Shown: in pieces, positions 54,302 to 63,750 of the stretch
Numbering within the stretch: the stretch's first letter is position 1
Layout of the letters: the number at the start of each line of letters is the position of its first letter
Source: a virus
Virus record (IMG/VR): IMGVR_UViG_3300035701_000008
Span: 1 to 64,000 of that record
Length of the DNA stretch: 64,000 nt
Direction: 5' to 3' (one strand)
Position numbers and translations under genes: made by a program
The notes under the pieces: model-generated
Seen by the model: the letters and a program-made list of their open reading frames with translations, nothing else
What the model was told of the DNA's origin: nothing
Database searches by the model: none

Positions 54302-54857
54302 TTTCTTTTATTTTATCAATTTGTAATATTTCATTTGATTCATCGAATCCTTCCCACACCTCAAAATCATCACCAATAGTTATCTTAAGATCTATTCCAA
54401 GCTTTTCTTCCCAGAATTCTATAAGATCTTCTGATTTCTTGAAGATTCTGTATTGCAAAGATATCTCATCTTTGTTCAATCCATTCTTAACAATCTTAAT
54501 CACCTTTGGAAACATCTTTTGAAAGTCTTCAGATGTCTTAGAATATTTACCCTGTTTGATTAGTTGAAAATCATTCTTAAATCTTTCATTAAGCTGATAC
54601 ACCACTACAACAAATCCATCTTCATAATCATAGTCTTCTATAATAGTTTTAGTTCTTTCGTATTCACTATCAAGAAACTCTCTAAACTTATCAAGATCTT
54701 TAGGTTTGAATAATAGATAAATCGATCCTGCATATTGATCTTCTCTTCTATCATCCTTAATATATGCATTGATAAATCCATTAGCTCTAAGAGCATCTTT
54801 AGGCACCTTAATAGTGGGCACCATAAAGATACTAGTTAAATTCTTTCTAATCTCCAT
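54294..54857 (-). CDS. Hypothetical replication-region protein
   Basis: 187-aa ORF with GFINAY and GKYSK motifs, adjacent to the nuclease. Confidence 0.6.
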   Translation of the reverse strand: MEIRKNLTSIFMVPTIKVPKDALRANGFINAYIKDDRREDQYAGSIYLLFKPKDLDKFREFLDSEYERTKTIIEDYDYEDGFVVVVYQLNERFKNDFQLIKQGKYSKTSEDFQKMFPKVIKIVKNGLNKDEISLQYRIFKKSEDLIEFWEEKLGIDLKITIGDDFEVWEGFDESNEILQIDKIKENV

Positions 54858-54860
54858 AGG

Positions 54861-55913
54861 TTATCCCTTAATGTTTACAATTCCATTAGATAAATAGTTT
54901 TTGTGGCTAATATTCCACGTGTTTGTTTCTCTACACCAAGTAAGAGCAGCAATTAATTCTTGTACACCAGGATAAGTTCTTCCTTTGTGTACAAATCCTT
55001 CATATGCATCATTCATATCAGATGTATCAAGAGTGTAAATTAATGGCTGATAATAGTTAGTGCTGTCACATACAATGAATTGTAAGAAATTCACTGTATA
55101 TCCATAATATTCACTCTCTGGATCATTTGCTATGTGTAACATTGCATGATAATATAAGTACGCTTGGATGTACGCTCTCCTGTACAAGTAATATTCTTCA
55201 TAGAAGTTTTCTACACTCCATGTACATTTAAGATCGTATGGTTGGATTGTTCTTTCTTTGTGATCAATCACCACTTTATCAAGCATACTCTTAAACTTAT
55301 GGCCATCTATTGTATATCCCTCCACTTGCATCTGATCTTTGACTTCATATCTAGAGCTGTTTAGAAGATTAACAATTGGTGCTGTTGTAGTGTTGATTCT
55401 AAGTTGTTCTACAATCTTCTCAGCAATAGATATCTCTGTAGTGTTAACCACTGTCAGATTCTTAGTTCTCACCTGTCTTATTTCATTGTAATATATCTCA
55501 GCATCACTTCCTACAAACTTAGTTATTACAGCTTCATATTTGATTTTGAATCCAGAATCTCTATATGCAGCTTCTAACAATTCATTCATAGGTGTTACCA
55601 CTACACCAGATTCATCTGTAGCATCTCTTGTATGTCTATACAATGCTTCAACAAAATCTAACATAAGTCCTGTTGGTGTAGAAGCACAAGATGACATATA
55701 GAACTTCTCATCAAATAAATGAGGTTCCATAAGTAGGGTTTCAACTATTCTACCCATATTAGCCGCAGCATTATCTTTATCTTCCACCTTCTCTCCAAGG
55801 AAGTATTTCTTGTAATACTTCTTTCTATCTTGTGAGAAATCTTTTAATGAACTAGAGCTGTCCATTGTCACTGCTCTGTATTGAGCTTCTGTTTTTGTTG
55901 TTCCTGTTATCAT
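54861..55913 (-). CDS. PD-(D/E)xK exonuclease (RecE/ExoVIII-like)
   Basis: SSSSLK..., G..VE..L.E, KSMLDKVVID...PYDLK and Y..QA.LY motifs. Confidence 0.78.
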   Translation of the reverse strand: MITGTTKTEAQYRAVTMDSSSSLKDFSQDRKKYYKKYFLGEKVEDKDNAAANMGRIVETLLMEPHLFDEKFYMSSCASTPTGLMLDFVEALYRHTRDATDESGVVVTPMNELLEAAYRDSGFKIKYEAVITKFVGSDAEIYYNEIRQVRTKNLTVVNTTEISIAEKIVEQLRINTTTAPIVNLLNSSRYEVKDQMQVEGYTIDGHKFKSMLDKVVIDHKERTIQPYDLKCTWSVENFYEEYYLYRRAYIQAYLYYHAMLHIANDPESEYYGYTVNFLQFIVCDSTNYYQPLIYTLDTSDMNDAYEGFVHKGRTYPGVQELIAALTWCRETNTWNISHKNYLSNGIVNIKG

Positions 55914-55915
55914 AA

Positions 55916-56083
55916 TTATTTGTATATTAATATTGCACTGTATAGTGATAAAGATCCTTTTGGATCTTCTGTAGCTACTAAAGACATTGATAATACTGTT
56001 TTAACTATTTTATCGTCTATTAGTTTTTGTAACTCTCTATTTATTACAAATAGATGTTCGTTTTCCCATGTCCATGTATTCAT
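55916..56083 (-). CDS. Hypothetical protein (55 aa; not in ORF track)
   Basis: MNTWTWENEHLF...AILIYK. It fills the gap and overlaps the upstream stop. Confidence 0.5.
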   Translation of the reverse strand: MNTWTWENEHLFVINRELQKLIDDKIVKTVLSMSLVATEDPKGSLSLYSAILIYK

Positions 56084-56310
56084 AATGTTTGTTTAAATGC
56101 TTCTATAATTTGTGGGTAAAGAGCTCTTACCTCCCTTGGTACTCTAGCAAAAAACCATCTCACCTCTAGTTCATATTCTTCTCCTCCACTAGATAATCCT
56201 TGTGGATGTATTAACCAGAAATAATGGTATTTACCTTCATGCTCTACATGTCCTTCATGCCACACCTCATTGAATGATGGTGTTTTGTTAATTGTAATTG
56301 CGTTAGTCAT
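56080..56310 (-). CDS. Hypothetical protein
   Basis: 76-aa coupled ORF. Confidence 0.6.
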   Translation of the reverse strand: MTNAITINKTPSFNEVWHEGHVEHEGKYHYFWLIHPQGLSSGGEEYELEVRWFFARVPREVRALYPQIIEAFKQTL

Positions 56311-56716
56311 TTGTTGTTATTTTATTTACGAAACGATATAATAATTCAGTTAACATAATATCTTCCATCCATGGAGCAATATTACCTTTCATAGCCTTAA
56401 TAATATTATTAAGGTGATCATTTGACATATCAGCTATAGATTTATATGATAACTCTTGTTTACCATCTTTACCTCTATTGCCCCAATGTGCAGCACTTCT
56501 ATTGATCTGATGATCTTCTGATAGATATACAGTAGGACTAAGATCAACTAAATCTAGATCTTTACCTCCATAGCGTTGATAATTTGTTCCACCATCTACC
56601 ATTGTAACATTCTCACAACTACAAGTTTTATAATCATGTCCATGATAGGAAGTTAACACTTCTCCGCATTCTTTACATTGCACTCTATTGAGTATTATTT
56701 GTTCTAGTCCATTCAT
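56303..56716 (-). CDS. Zinc-finger phage protein
   Basis: N.VQCKECG....S...HDYKTCSC....VDGG motif. Confidence 0.65.
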   Translation of the reverse strand: MNGLEQIILNRVQCKECGEVLTSYHGHDYKTCSCENVTMVDGGTNYQRYGGKDLDLVDLSPTVYLSEDHQINRSAAHWGNRGKDGKQELSYKSIADMSNDHLNNIIKAMKGNIAPWMEDIMLTELLYRFVNKITTND

Positions 56717-56723
56717 AATTTAA

Positions 56724-57146
56724 TTATCTATCACATTCAACAAATGATTCTGGGTACTCTTTTAATGCTTCTAGATATCTTTCTATCCAAGGTATAAAAT
56801 GTTTATACATTCCCCAACCATTTGGGCTATTAAACTTTTCATAATGTTCTGGTCTAGCTTTCATATCTTCTAATCCTTTTTCTATAATAGAAATTATTTC
56901 ATTTGCTTTTACAGGATTAGCTTCTTCATACTTATACTCAGCATCATAATCATCTTCAGGAATATTATATCCTTCTTTTAATCTATGTGGTCTCCATAGA
57001 GCCTCATATATACCTGCTTCATCAGCCATATCTCCAAGATTATGTGTAATGTTTGCACTATACACTTCTTCTCTTCTTGGTTCAAATATTACACCACCAT
57101 CATAACTGACATGGTAATCTCTATATAATGTTACGTCTAAACTCAT
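56724..57146 (-). CDS. Hypothetical phage protein
   Basis: MSLDV..., NITHNL..MA..AG and N.PNGWG.Y motifs. Confidence 0.65.
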   Translation of the reverse strand: MSLDVTLYRDYHVSYDGGVIFEPRREEVYSANITHNLGDMADEAGIYEALWRPHRLKEGYNIPEDDYDAEYKYEEANPVKANEIISIIEKGLEDMKARPEHYEKFNSPNGWGMYKHFIPWIERYLEALKEYPESFVECDR

Positions 57147-57532
57147 ATTGTTTTCTTTTTAGATTGTTTTTCTTTAAGCGTTTTCTTATCATGACATGTA
57201 GTACATAATACCTGTAGGTTATCTTGTTCACAGAACAGTCTCTCCACAAATAGTGGTAGGTCTTGTGCACAATTCAATGAACCTGCAGGTATAATGTGAT
57301 CTACATTAATATTCTTTTCAGTAGTCCAAGTTTTGCACTTCTTACATTGGTATTCGTACTTTTGTCTTTTACTAGGTCCTTTGTAATCTCTACGTGCATT
57401 TAACTTACACACTGATATAGGCTTCCACCATCTGCTCTTTTGTCTCAAAGCACTTCTTATGAAGCTCCAGAAGGCTGCCTCACTCATTGTTCCACTACAT
57501 CTTGTCTTTGGGACTAACACTCTCTTTGCCAT
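57143..57532 (-). CDS. HNH endonuclease
   Basis: CKKC...VDHIIP...NLQVLCTTCHDKKT. Confidence 0.8.
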   Translation of the reverse strand: MAKRVLVPKTRCSGTMSEAAFWSFIRSALRQKSRWWKPISVCKLNARRDYKGPSKRQKYEYQCKKCKTWTTEKNINVDHIIPAGSLNCAQDLPLFVERLFCEQDNLQVLCTTCHDKKTLKEKQSKKKTI

Positions 57533-57555
57533 ATTGTTATAATTAAGTTATGTCG

Positions 57556-57563
57556 CAAATATA
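57556..57563 (-). promoter_or_regulatory. Bacteroidota -7 element (TATATTTG, - strand)
   Basis: CAAATATA on +, overlapping a TGTCGCAA/TTGCGACA hairpin. Confidence 0.6.
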
Positions 57564-57595
57564 GGAAATACTTGCGACAAAACTATAATTATTTA

Positions 57596-59119
57596 CTATT
57601 TAATCGTAACTATACGATTAACAATTTTAGCTTTCATCTCGCTAAGAGTGTTAACAATAGAGTTGATTTCTGAAGCTGATATAGCTGGCATATTGAATTC
57701 ATACTTTGTAGACTCAGTAGCAAATCCTTCTTTAGCTTTCTCTGCAAGAGATTCTAATTCACGAATAGCATATTCTTCATCCAATTGTAAGAAATCAAAG
57801 CTTCTATCATTCATAATCTGATCTGCTTCAGCAACAGTGGTAAGCATGAATGGAAGATATTCCCAACATCTACCTTTCTCTCTACCAATACCTACCACTT
57901 TCATAGGATTGTGAAGAGTCATAACAGTGGTATCACCACAAAGAACATAAGGAGCTGTATAACCTGCAAAGTGAAGACCTGCTGTAGCACAATCTTGTGT
58001 ACTCCAGTTACAATCTTCTTTAGGCATAGCTACAACTTGTCCTATACGGATATCAAATGTTCTAGACCAGTTGTCAGTAAATCTATTTTCTTCTCTATTA
58101 GGAAGATCTAGATATAATTCTGTCAACCCACCAATCTTTTGACCATGGTCTACATAAACAGTTTCTGTGTACTCATATTCTTCCACTTCTCCTGTTCCAT
58201 TACAATGTCCACAATCATGAGTATCTCCATCAAAATCTTCCCAATAACCATCACCATCACACTCTGGACATCTTGTGTCAGTGAATGTTTTATCTTCTTC
58301 TAATTTATCATCATGTACAAGTTTGTACTCTCCATCCTCTAAGAATATAGTGTATTGATCTGGATTCTTCTTCCATACAGCTTTCACCTTGTTGTAAGCA
58401 TTACTTACAAAATGTACAAGCTCAGGAGATCCATGTAATGTAACAACATTTCTAAGAGCTACAAAGAATCCTTGTTTAGTGATTTTGAACTTATTTTCTG
58501 TTAAGAATCTGTATAGTTCATTAGCCACTTCAGCTCTTGGATTAAGACAACACCACATGAAGAAGTTCTTATGTGCCATGAAATCATCATCTTCGTTAAG
58601 AGCTTGTTCAAAAGTTCTGTGATCAGCAAATTCATTTCCCACTCTATTCACTATCTCAATGAATTTCTCTACAAGTAATTGAGGCATACTTCTAGATGTT
58701 CCTTTTAGATAAACACTATTACCCTCTACAGTGAAATCATCAATGTCTGCAAGTAATTGAATTCCTTTGTGAAGAGCTTTGATTCTCTCTGCTTCAGCTT
58801 TGACTCTCTCTACATCTTCTACAACATCTTTACATCCTACAATAGCATGTATTTCATAAATAGTCTTTGCTTTTTGAACAGCAAAATAATCATCTTCTGT
58901 AGCACCAGGCTTACTGAAAATAGTTCCATCTGCTAACACTACAGTGAGTGTATCATTTACTAATTTAATAGCAAAATACGGTTTAGCATGACATTGTTGT
59001 TCTACAGGAACATCTTGTTCCATTAAGCTTTCTAGCTTGTTAGCTACCACTGTAGCAATTGCACTCTCTGCTGTTTCTTTGAACCAGTCTAACGATAAAA
59101 ATTTGTTTGTACTCATCAT
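57596..59119 (-). CDS. rIIB: RIIB-like protein
   Basis: NP.......LY.FL......IT..G.FVA.R.V, IGQVV.M....C......C..GLH and NP..VV motifs. Lies downstream of rIIA. Confidence 0.7.
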   Translation of the reverse strand: MMSTNKFLSLDWFKETAESAIATVVANKLESLMEQDVPVEQQCHAKPYFAIKLVNDTLTVVLADGTIFSKPGATEDDYFAVQKAKTIYEIHAIVGCKDVVEDVERVKAEAERIKALHKGIQLLADIDDFTVEGNSVYLKGTSRSMPQLLVEKFIEIVNRVGNEFADHRTFEQALNEDDDFMAHKNFFMWCCLNPRAEVANELYRFLTENKFKITKQGFFVALRNVVTLHGSPELVHFVSNAYNKVKAVWKKNPDQYTIFLEDGEYKLVHDDKLEEDKTFTDTRCPECDGDGYWEDFDGDTHDCGHCNGTGEVEEYEYTETVYVDHGQKIGGLTELYLDLPNREENRFTDNWSRTFDIRIGQVVAMPKEDCNWSTQDCATAGLHFAGYTAPYVLCGDTTVMTLHNPMKVVGIGREKGRCWEYLPFMLTTVAEADQIMNDRSFDFLQLDEEYAIRELESLAEKAKEGFATESTKYEFNMPAISASEINSIVNTLSEMKAKIVNRIVTIK

Positions 59120-59150
59120 ATTTATTAATTAATTGTTACTTGTTAAATAA

Positions 59151-59169
59151 GGGGACATTTCTGTCCCCA
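59151..59169 (-). terminator. GC hairpin between rIIA and rIIB
   Basis: GGGGACA-tttct-GTCCCC inverted repeat. Confidence 0.45.
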
Positions 59170-59176
59170 TGTTAAA

Positions 59177-61471
59177 TTATGCTAATTGGTCTATTGTTTC
59201 TTCTGTAAGCACTTCATCATTGATTTTGATGTTATAATGCTTTAAATCCACTCTGTGTTTGTAATACTTGAATAAATCAGTCATTACATTAATCATTGGA
59301 TCACCTTCATGGTAATAGCCCATTGATCTACATAAAGGATTTAAGAATTTAAGCTTATCTATAATATCTAACATCTCTAAATACTCTGGATATATAGCTG
59401 GATCAAATAACTTATTCTCATAAGCCACTTCTAACATTGCTTTTCTTATATCATCATTTGTTTGTATAAAATTCTTAGTTCTATACTCAGCTAATCTTTC
59501 TAGTTTATTATAAAGATCTATAGAGGTATGTTTGATTAATGTTCTTTTCTCAAATATATATCTATAATTAACCATCAGATCATTGATTAGTCCAGATGTT
59601 ACGATTCTTTTAAATGGTGTTGTTTTCCCTTCCATAAATTTGTCATAGGATATTAAATTGTGTATATCTAATTGCTCTACAATCTTTAGTTCTCTATCAG
59701 AAAATGTAATCACTTCCATCTTCTGTTTTTGCATAATTCCATAGAGAGCATCAAGTTTTGGTGCATCTTCATGTCTACCATACACTTTTAATCCTTTATG
59801 TCTATGAAGTTCTTCTAACTTGTATAATTGTGAGTCAAATTTACAATTTTTACCACTGTATCGCATTAAATCAACACCTTTTTTACAAACAATCTCTCCT
59901 TGAAGCTTTAGTCTTTTAGCAACACCTAATGCAGATTTAGTTATCTTTGCTTTTTTCTTGCTATCAACAAACTCTTGAGGAATATCATATTCATCAAGAT
60001 TGATGAAGTTTGATTCAACCATAGACATAATGTGTTGATACTCTTTAATAGCATCTCTCCATTTAGATCTTGGAAGTTTAGCAAGATTCAATAAATGATA
60101 ATATGTTTTAAGATTAAACTTAGAAGCCACTCCTAATTCCATAGGTTTGCCTCTCTTAACAAGAAAGTTGTAATCACTCTCTACACATGTAGCTCTTAAG
60201 TAATCCTTTTTGATTTGAGGAATTCTATCATTAAACACCCACACCTTACAACTTCCATTACATATAGATTCTAAATTATATCCCCATACATAATGTTTAT
60301 CTGCATCAGCCATTCTTTTATATCTCAATGAATATCTAGTAGGAAATGCATCTTGCAACATGTTTTGTTTGTGTTGCTTATACAAAGAAGGAAAGTTCAA
60401 AATCTTAACTCCTTCCAATACTGGAACAGTAGGTTTCACTGTGGCATATCTAATAAACTGATCAATGCTACGTTTGTTACCATCAGCCATTTCAATCATA
60501 TGTCCATTCTTCTCAAGATAGTTAATCATAGACTTAATATCATCACCATTGTTTACAGATTTGTTGTAAAATTCAACATACCAATTACCCACTTCACTAA
60601 GTTTACTCATGATGATTTTCTTAGCTTCTTGTGTATATCTCAATGATTCTCTGTTTGGTGTTGGATAGAGTCCATCACTCAATGAAAATCTAAGACCTAC
60701 AGGAAAATCAATTCTATCAATACCAAGCTTCTCAAAATCTAAAGGATAGTACACATTGTCTAAACAGATGTGTAAATATGGATCTGTAGATAGTTCAGAG
60801 AACTGAAAGTGTTCATGTCTACTAATAATAAAATCATTAACAATACTTCTATCATCTGGTACATCAAAATACACACTCTCGAAATAACAAAGTTGTTCTT
60901 TGATTTTCTTCTTGAACTGCCAAAGATCATTGTATTTAACAGGAATAATGATTTTTACACCATTAGCTTCTTCTGTCTCTTTTTCATATAAAAGATCAAT
61001 AGTGTTAGCATCTTCTCCTTCATACATCATATACTTACGTTCCATTCCATCTTTTCTACATACAAAATAAAACGAAGAAGAATAAGCTAATGGTGCCTTA
61101 AATCCGAGTCCCATCATACCTAACTCATTGTTACTCAACCGTTTAGTAGATTTACCATACTTACTAATAATGTTTCTTACATCATCTGCATCTAAGCCTA
61201 TACCAAAATCTTCTACACAAAACTCATAATTGTTATATGAAGCAGCTTTTAGTGAAACTACAATTGGTGTATCAACACCAGCTCTTCTATGGCTATCTAG
61301 TGCATTACTTGCACATTCTCTGATAGCAGAGCCTATATCATCAGAATATAAATTCTTACTTAACATCTGCATCAATATCTGTGCAGAATCTAAGTCTAGT
61401 GACATTCCAATTGATTCTTGTGATTGTCCTTCTTCTAGGACATTTGCTTCTGTCTGTTTTTCTAATATCAT
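59177..61471 (-). CDS. rIIA: RIIA-like protein with N-terminal GHKL ATPase domain
   Basis: LYSD...AIRE..SNALDSH, DFGIGL, YGKSTK..SN...G..GLGFKAP and P.RESL.Y motifs. Confidence 0.8.
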   Translation of the reverse strand: MILEKQTEANVLEEGQSQESIGMSLDLDSAQILMQMLSKNLYSDDIGSAIRECASNALDSHRRAGVDTPIVVSLKAASYNNYEFCVEDFGIGLDADDVRNIISKYGKSTKRLSNNELGMMGLGFKAPLAYSSSFYFVCRKDGMERKYMMYEGEDANTIDLLYEKETEEANGVKIIIPVKYNDLWQFKKKIKEQLCYFESVYFDVPDDRSIVNDFIISRHEHFQFSELSTDPYLHICLDNVYYPLDFEKLGIDRIDFPVGLRFSLSDGLYPTPNRESLRYTQEAKKIIMSKLSEVGNWYVEFYNKSVNNGDDIKSMINYLEKNGHMIEMADGNKRSIDQFIRYATVKPTVPVLEGVKILNFPSLYKQHKQNMLQDAFPTRYSLRYKRMADADKHYVWGYNLESICNGSCKVWVFNDRIPQIKKDYLRATCVESDYNFLVKRGKPMELGVASKFNLKTYYHLLNLAKLPRSKWRDAIKEYQHIMSMVESNFINLDEYDIPQEFVDSKKKAKITKSALGVAKRLKLQGEIVCKKGVDLMRYSGKNCKFDSQLYKLEELHRHKGLKVYGRHEDAPKLDALYGIMQKQKMEVITFSDRELKIVEQLDIHNLISYDKFMEGKTTPFKRIVTSGLINDLMVNYRYIFEKRTLIKHTSIDLYNKLERLAEYRTKNFIQTNDDIRKAMLEVAYENKLFDPAIYPEYLEMLDIIDKLKFLNPLCRSMGYYHEGDPMINVMTDLFKYYKHRVDLKHYNIKINDEVLTEETIDQLA

Positions 61472-61481
61472 TTCTCTAGTT

Positions 61482-61841
61482 TTAAATTATTTCTGTTCTC
61501 TTTACTAACCAAATCTGTCTACCACTAAGATCTACTGACACTCTAAGATTATGATCTTCAGGTGTAGGTATCCATGTTTTATACACTCTATTGTGAACTT
61601 TTCCTGCACCATCAGTATAAGAATGTGTTACCACTTGATTTTGTCTTGTTGTACATCTAAAGTTTGCAAGCAATGGTTGTTTTGTTTTCCAATGCATTTT
61701 AGTTTTACTCATTGTTGGTGGTGTTAACACCCTTAAATACTTGAAATAAGACTGACAAGATATCATTATCTCATCACCTACTTGTACATCTTCCACTTTA
61801 ATTAATACGTTTTCCATAATTTTAATTTTAAAAGGGCACAT
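61482..61841 (-). CDS. Hypothetical protein
   Basis: 119-aa ORF. The start may be the internal MENVLIK. Confidence 0.55.
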   Translation of the reverse strand: MCPFKIKIMENVLIKVEDVQVGDEIMISCQSYFKYLRVLTPPTMSKTKMHWKTKQPLLANFRCTTRQNQVVTHSYTDGAGKVHNRVYKTWIPTPEDHNLRVSVDLSGRQIWLVKRTEII

Positions 61842-62547
61842 CTACAGGCAACCATTGCACTGTGAACCCATTGGTTTCTTCTAATAACACATCTACTTTA
61901 CTAAATACACCTTCTGTATCCCATTCGCTATTCTTATAAGCTGCAGATGCTGGATGACTAAGTTCAAACACATGAGCAAATATGCCTGTGTATTTTTTAT
62001 ACTTAGCTGCATCTTTGCCTAAGAATATAATTGGAACACCTAAGTGATTTATAATTTCCTCAAACAGATATTTGATAAATGGTTCCCATATTTCTAAATG
62101 AGAACCTGCTTTATTAATCTCTGTTGTTAGAGCTGCATTTAACATTAACACCCCTTGATCTGCTAAATAACTTACGTCTGGAGCTGGTGTGTAGTTTAGA
62201 TTTAATCCATTATAGAATTCTTTCTCCAAACCTCCATAAAACTGTTCTAGTGTAGGTTGTAATTTACCTGTAATAGAACAACCCATAAGTAATCCATCTG
62301 CAACTGGTGCATCGTTCTTAAGAGTGTGGTATGGACATAGTCCTACCATCACTGCTTTAATATCATCTAGTGGTGTTTCCAAGAAACATCTCCAAACATG
62401 CATAGATAGAGGAGCAACTCTTTTACCTCTCTTACTCTCTGCTTTTAGATATGCATATATCTTATCACATTCTTCACTCTCGATGAATGGTCTCATCCTA
62501 GATCTCCAAGATGGATGAAACTGATGTTTAAAGTTTTCCCAATTCAT
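61828..62547 (-). CDS. ung: Uracil-DNA glycosylase family 1-like protein
   Basis: K.V.VGLCPYH, ADGL, A.QGVL.LN.ALT, GSH...WE.F and SHPAS motifs. Confidence 0.85.
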   Translation of the reverse strand: MNWENFKHQFHPSWRSRMRPFIESEECDKIYAYLKAESKRGKRVAPLSMHVWRCFLETPLDDIKAVMVGLCPYHTLKNDAPVADGLLMGCSITGKLQPTLEQFYGGLEKEFYNGLNLNYTPAPDVSYLADQGVLMLNAALTTEINKAGSHLEIWEPFIKYLFEEIINHLGVPIIFLGKDAAKYKKYTGIFAHVFELSHPASAAYKNSEWDTEGVFSKVDVLLEETNGFTVQWLPVDVPF

Positions 62548-62705
62548 AATGATAATGATATTTTTCTATGAAAGAATTTAGTTAATATTCCTTCTAGGTT
62601 TTCTACACTTATACATTCTATTTCATCTCTTCCAGCCATAAGCCATTCAATGTTCTCTTTAATCTGTTCTTCGAGTATTTCTAACTCATCATCTGTTACT
62701 CTCAT
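62544..62705 (-). CDS. Hypothetical protein (53 aa; not in ORF track)
   Basis: MRVTDDELEILEEQIKENIEW..., with ATGA overlaps on both sides. Confidence 0.55.
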   Translation of the reverse strand: MRVTDDELEILEEQIKENIEWLMAGRDEIECISVENLEGILTKFFHRKISLSL

Positions 62706-62965
62706 AATCCTTGTTCTTTTTTATAGATTTCTAATAGCTCTTTTGTTGTTATCCATTTTCCTGAATCAAAATGATACCATTTATTTTTACCTTCATGATA
62801 GCCTAATCTATTTTCTGTTTTATTCATCCACTCTGCAAATCCAATAGCAAATTCATCTGCTATCAATACACATCTTATAGCTCTATCAAGACAATCTTCT
62901 TGTCCTAACTTCCATTGAACATTTGGATAGAATAATTGAATCAGTTTGTTTTCTTTTGTTGTCAT
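62702..62965 (-). CDS. Hypothetical protein
   Basis: 87 aa, with FAIGFAEW...TTKELLEIYKKE. Confidence 0.6.
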   Translation of the reverse strand: MTTKENKLIQLFYPNVQWKLGQEDCLDRAIRCVLIADEFAIGFAEWMNKTENRLGYHEGKNKWYHFDSGKWITTKELLEIYKKEQGL

Positions 62966-62968
62966 AGT

Positions 62969-63367
62969 TTAATATTCTAAAATTCCTGAATCTCTAATAG
63001 CTTCATAAAGCTCTTTCTTCTGTGGAGGAAATAACACTGTAGCATCAATCAGAGCTTCTAAATATCTCTTTCTAGTTGATATGTCTAATATGTTATTCAC
63101 CTTAAGTGCACTATCTATTCTATTTGATAGTTCTGTTATCACTGTAGCTCCTCTTTTGAAATGTTCTGCATCTTCCTCATCTCTCACTTCAATAAGTTTA
63201 CCTACATATCCTTCAATGTGTGGAATAGTTTGTTTAAGAGACTGTTTAGCTCTATGTGTAAACAAATTATTCTCATTCATTGTTTCGAATCTCTCCAATA
63301 ATGCAACAGAGAGGGATAAGCTCTCTATCACTATATCATTTAGTTCATCTGATGTTAATTTACTCAT
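62969..63367 (-). CDS. Hypothetical protein
   Basis: 132-aa helical ORF. Confidence 0.6.
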   Translation of the reverse strand: MSKLTSDELNDIVIESLSLSVALLERFETMNENNLFTHRAKQSLKQTIPHIEGYVGKLIEVRDEEDAEHFKRGATVITELSNRIDSALKVNNILDISTRKRYLEALIDATVLFPPQKKELYEAIRDSGILEY

Positions 63368-63432
63368 ATTTCTTATTTTTTATCTGTATTAGCATTTTTG
63401 TTGGGTTTACAGCTGTTTTTATTCTCTGTATT

Positions 63433-63594
63433 TTAAAATTCTCTTCCAAATATAAGTATTCCATTAGCATCTTTACGAACTGCAAAATGAAAATTTAAAA
63501 ATGGAATACGCAATAAAATTTGTCCGTATTCAAAACTTATACTTAATCCAATTTGTCTTTTAAAATAAACTGAAAATCTATATTCTCCTCCCAT
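63433..63594 (-). CDS. Hypothetical protein (53 aa; not in ORF track)
   Basis: MGGEYRFSVYFKRQIGLSISFEYGQ..., filling the gap. Confidence 0.4.
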   Translation of the reverse strand: MGGEYRFSVYFKRQIGLSISFEYGQILLRIPFLNFHFAVRKDANGILIFGREF

Positions 63595-63597
63595 AAC

Positions 63598-63750
63598 TTA
63601 TTTATTTAAAGTTGTTACATTCACTACATTCACTTCTTTCTTCTTTCTAATCTTATCAAATGCTTTCCAATCAACACTAAATGTTCTTCCGTATTTATCA
63701 GTTAGTTTACCGTTATTCATTTGAATATTAGATGGGTTTCTTACTCTCAT
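63598..63750 (-). CDS. Hypothetical protein (50 aa; not in ORF track)
   Basis: MRVRNPSNIQMNNGKLTDKYGR..., with an ATGA overlap with the primase stop. Confidence 0.45.
   Translation of the reverse strand: MRVRNPSNIQMNNGKLTDKYGRTFSVDWKAFDKIRKKKEVNVVNVTTLNK

Noticed and set aside
57143-57532. This HNH (and 49574) as further terminus-replacing homing elements
   Set aside because: No duplicated host terminus is seen in the flanks and no NUMOD domains are present, so they are more likely resident genes.
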